Under the pieces are notes generated by a model. It was given only the letters and a program-made list of their open reading frames with translations, was not told where the DNA came from and did not search any database. Both the position numbers and the translations under genes were made by a program. 32,000 nucleotides of DNA from Aliivibrio fischeri ES114 (GTDB lineage: Bacteria; Pseudomonadota; Gammaproteobacteria; Enterobacterales; Vibrionaceae), in NCBI RefSeq assembly GCF_000011805.1, contig NC_006842.1; one strand, written 5' to 3'. Shown here piece by piece: positions 31,621 through 32,000 of the stretch. Every line of letters starts with the position of its first letter. The first letter of the stretch is position 1.

Positions 31621-32000
31621 ATGACAATAGGCAAAGATACCACCATCAATCACTTATTTAAGCCTCTTAATGAATGGCTTGAAGATGAAGACATTACTGA
31701 AATTGCCATCAATCAACCAAATGAAGTGTGGATTGAAAAGCACGACCAATGGACATCTTATTCTTGTAACGCGCTTTCATTTGACCATCTCAATTCAATG
31801 GCGACAGCGGTCGCCTCTTTTTGTGATAACAATATTTCAGTCAGTCAGCCAATTTTATCAGCAACGTTACCCAAAGGAGAACGTATCCAATTTGTTATAC
31901 CTCCAGCGTGTAGCCCGAACACGGTAAGCATCACCATACGAAAACCTAACATTGCTCAACGCACCTTAAAAGATTATGTACGAGACGGCTTTTTCAATCA
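31621..32000 (+). CDS. virB11: VirB11 ATPase, N-terminal part (truncated by the window end)
   Basis: Own translation: MTIGKDTTINHLFKPLNEWLEDEDITEIAINQPNEVWIEK... This is the typical VirB11 N-terminus. The ORF runs off the window, so it is absent from the track. Confidence 0.8.
   Translation, partial: MTIGKDTTINHLFKPLNEWLEDEDITEIAINQPNEVWIEKHDQWTSYSCNALSFDHLNSMATAVASFCDNNISVSQPILSATLPKGERIQFVIPPACSPNTVSITIRKPNIAQRTLKDYVRDGFFN

Noticed and set aside
15431-31927. Antisense or out-of-frame track ORFs inside pil and virB genes (e.g. 15431..15616, 15686..16045, 16636..16836, 17004..17186, 17416..17616, 17861..18058, 18785..19030, 19125..19334, 20170..20352, 22341..22535, 27215..27433, 27345..27557, 28784..28969, 30151..30360, 30164..30442, 30573..30758, 30612..30947, 31670..31927)
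   Set aside because: Each is fully embedded in a long, motif-supported gene in another frame or on the other strand.

Overview
AT-rich sequence that reads as the backbone of a conjugative plasmid. A GlyGly-CTERM protein points to a marine gammaproteobacterial host (Vibrionaceae or Shewanella-like). No rRNA, tRNA, CRISPR array or transposase was seen.

(1) 1-5760, genes mostly on the - strand: looks like a transfer leading region. It holds ArdC antirestriction protein, a RadC-like JAMM protein and about 8 small unassigned ORFs. Two near-identical ~470-bp copies of a highly structured element head the two gene blocks. A complete hok/mok/sok type I toxin-antitoxin locus is present that the ORF track missed.

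(2) 5760-12700: maintenance and replication. A small ParA plus an RHH ParB/ParG-like protein are flanked by two homogeneous 8-bp tandem arrays. Also here: a serine resolvase with a res-like site, dinI with a LexA box, an AT-rich oriV candidate with a DnaA box, a Rep initiator with an overlapping leader ORF, and a CI/LexA-like S24 repressor divergent from a small RHH gene that the track also missed.

(3) 12950-32000, + strand: an R64/PAPI-1-style type IVb thin-pilus operon (pilL-N-O-P-Q-R-S-V), then a stand-alone trypsin-like protease with a GlyGly-CTERM anchor, then a VirB-type T4SS (virB2-B3-B4-lipoprotein-B8-B9-B10-B11, cut by the window end).

The most unusual signals are: the duplicated structured element, including a 43-codon leader shared by two unrelated proteins; the uncharacterised cargo between the copies; 10-bp phased hexamer arrays buried in a 350-aa ORF; the microsatellite-like centromere arrays; and the plasmid-borne rhombosortase-type protease. 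All product calls rest on motifs recognised by eye. No database search was run.
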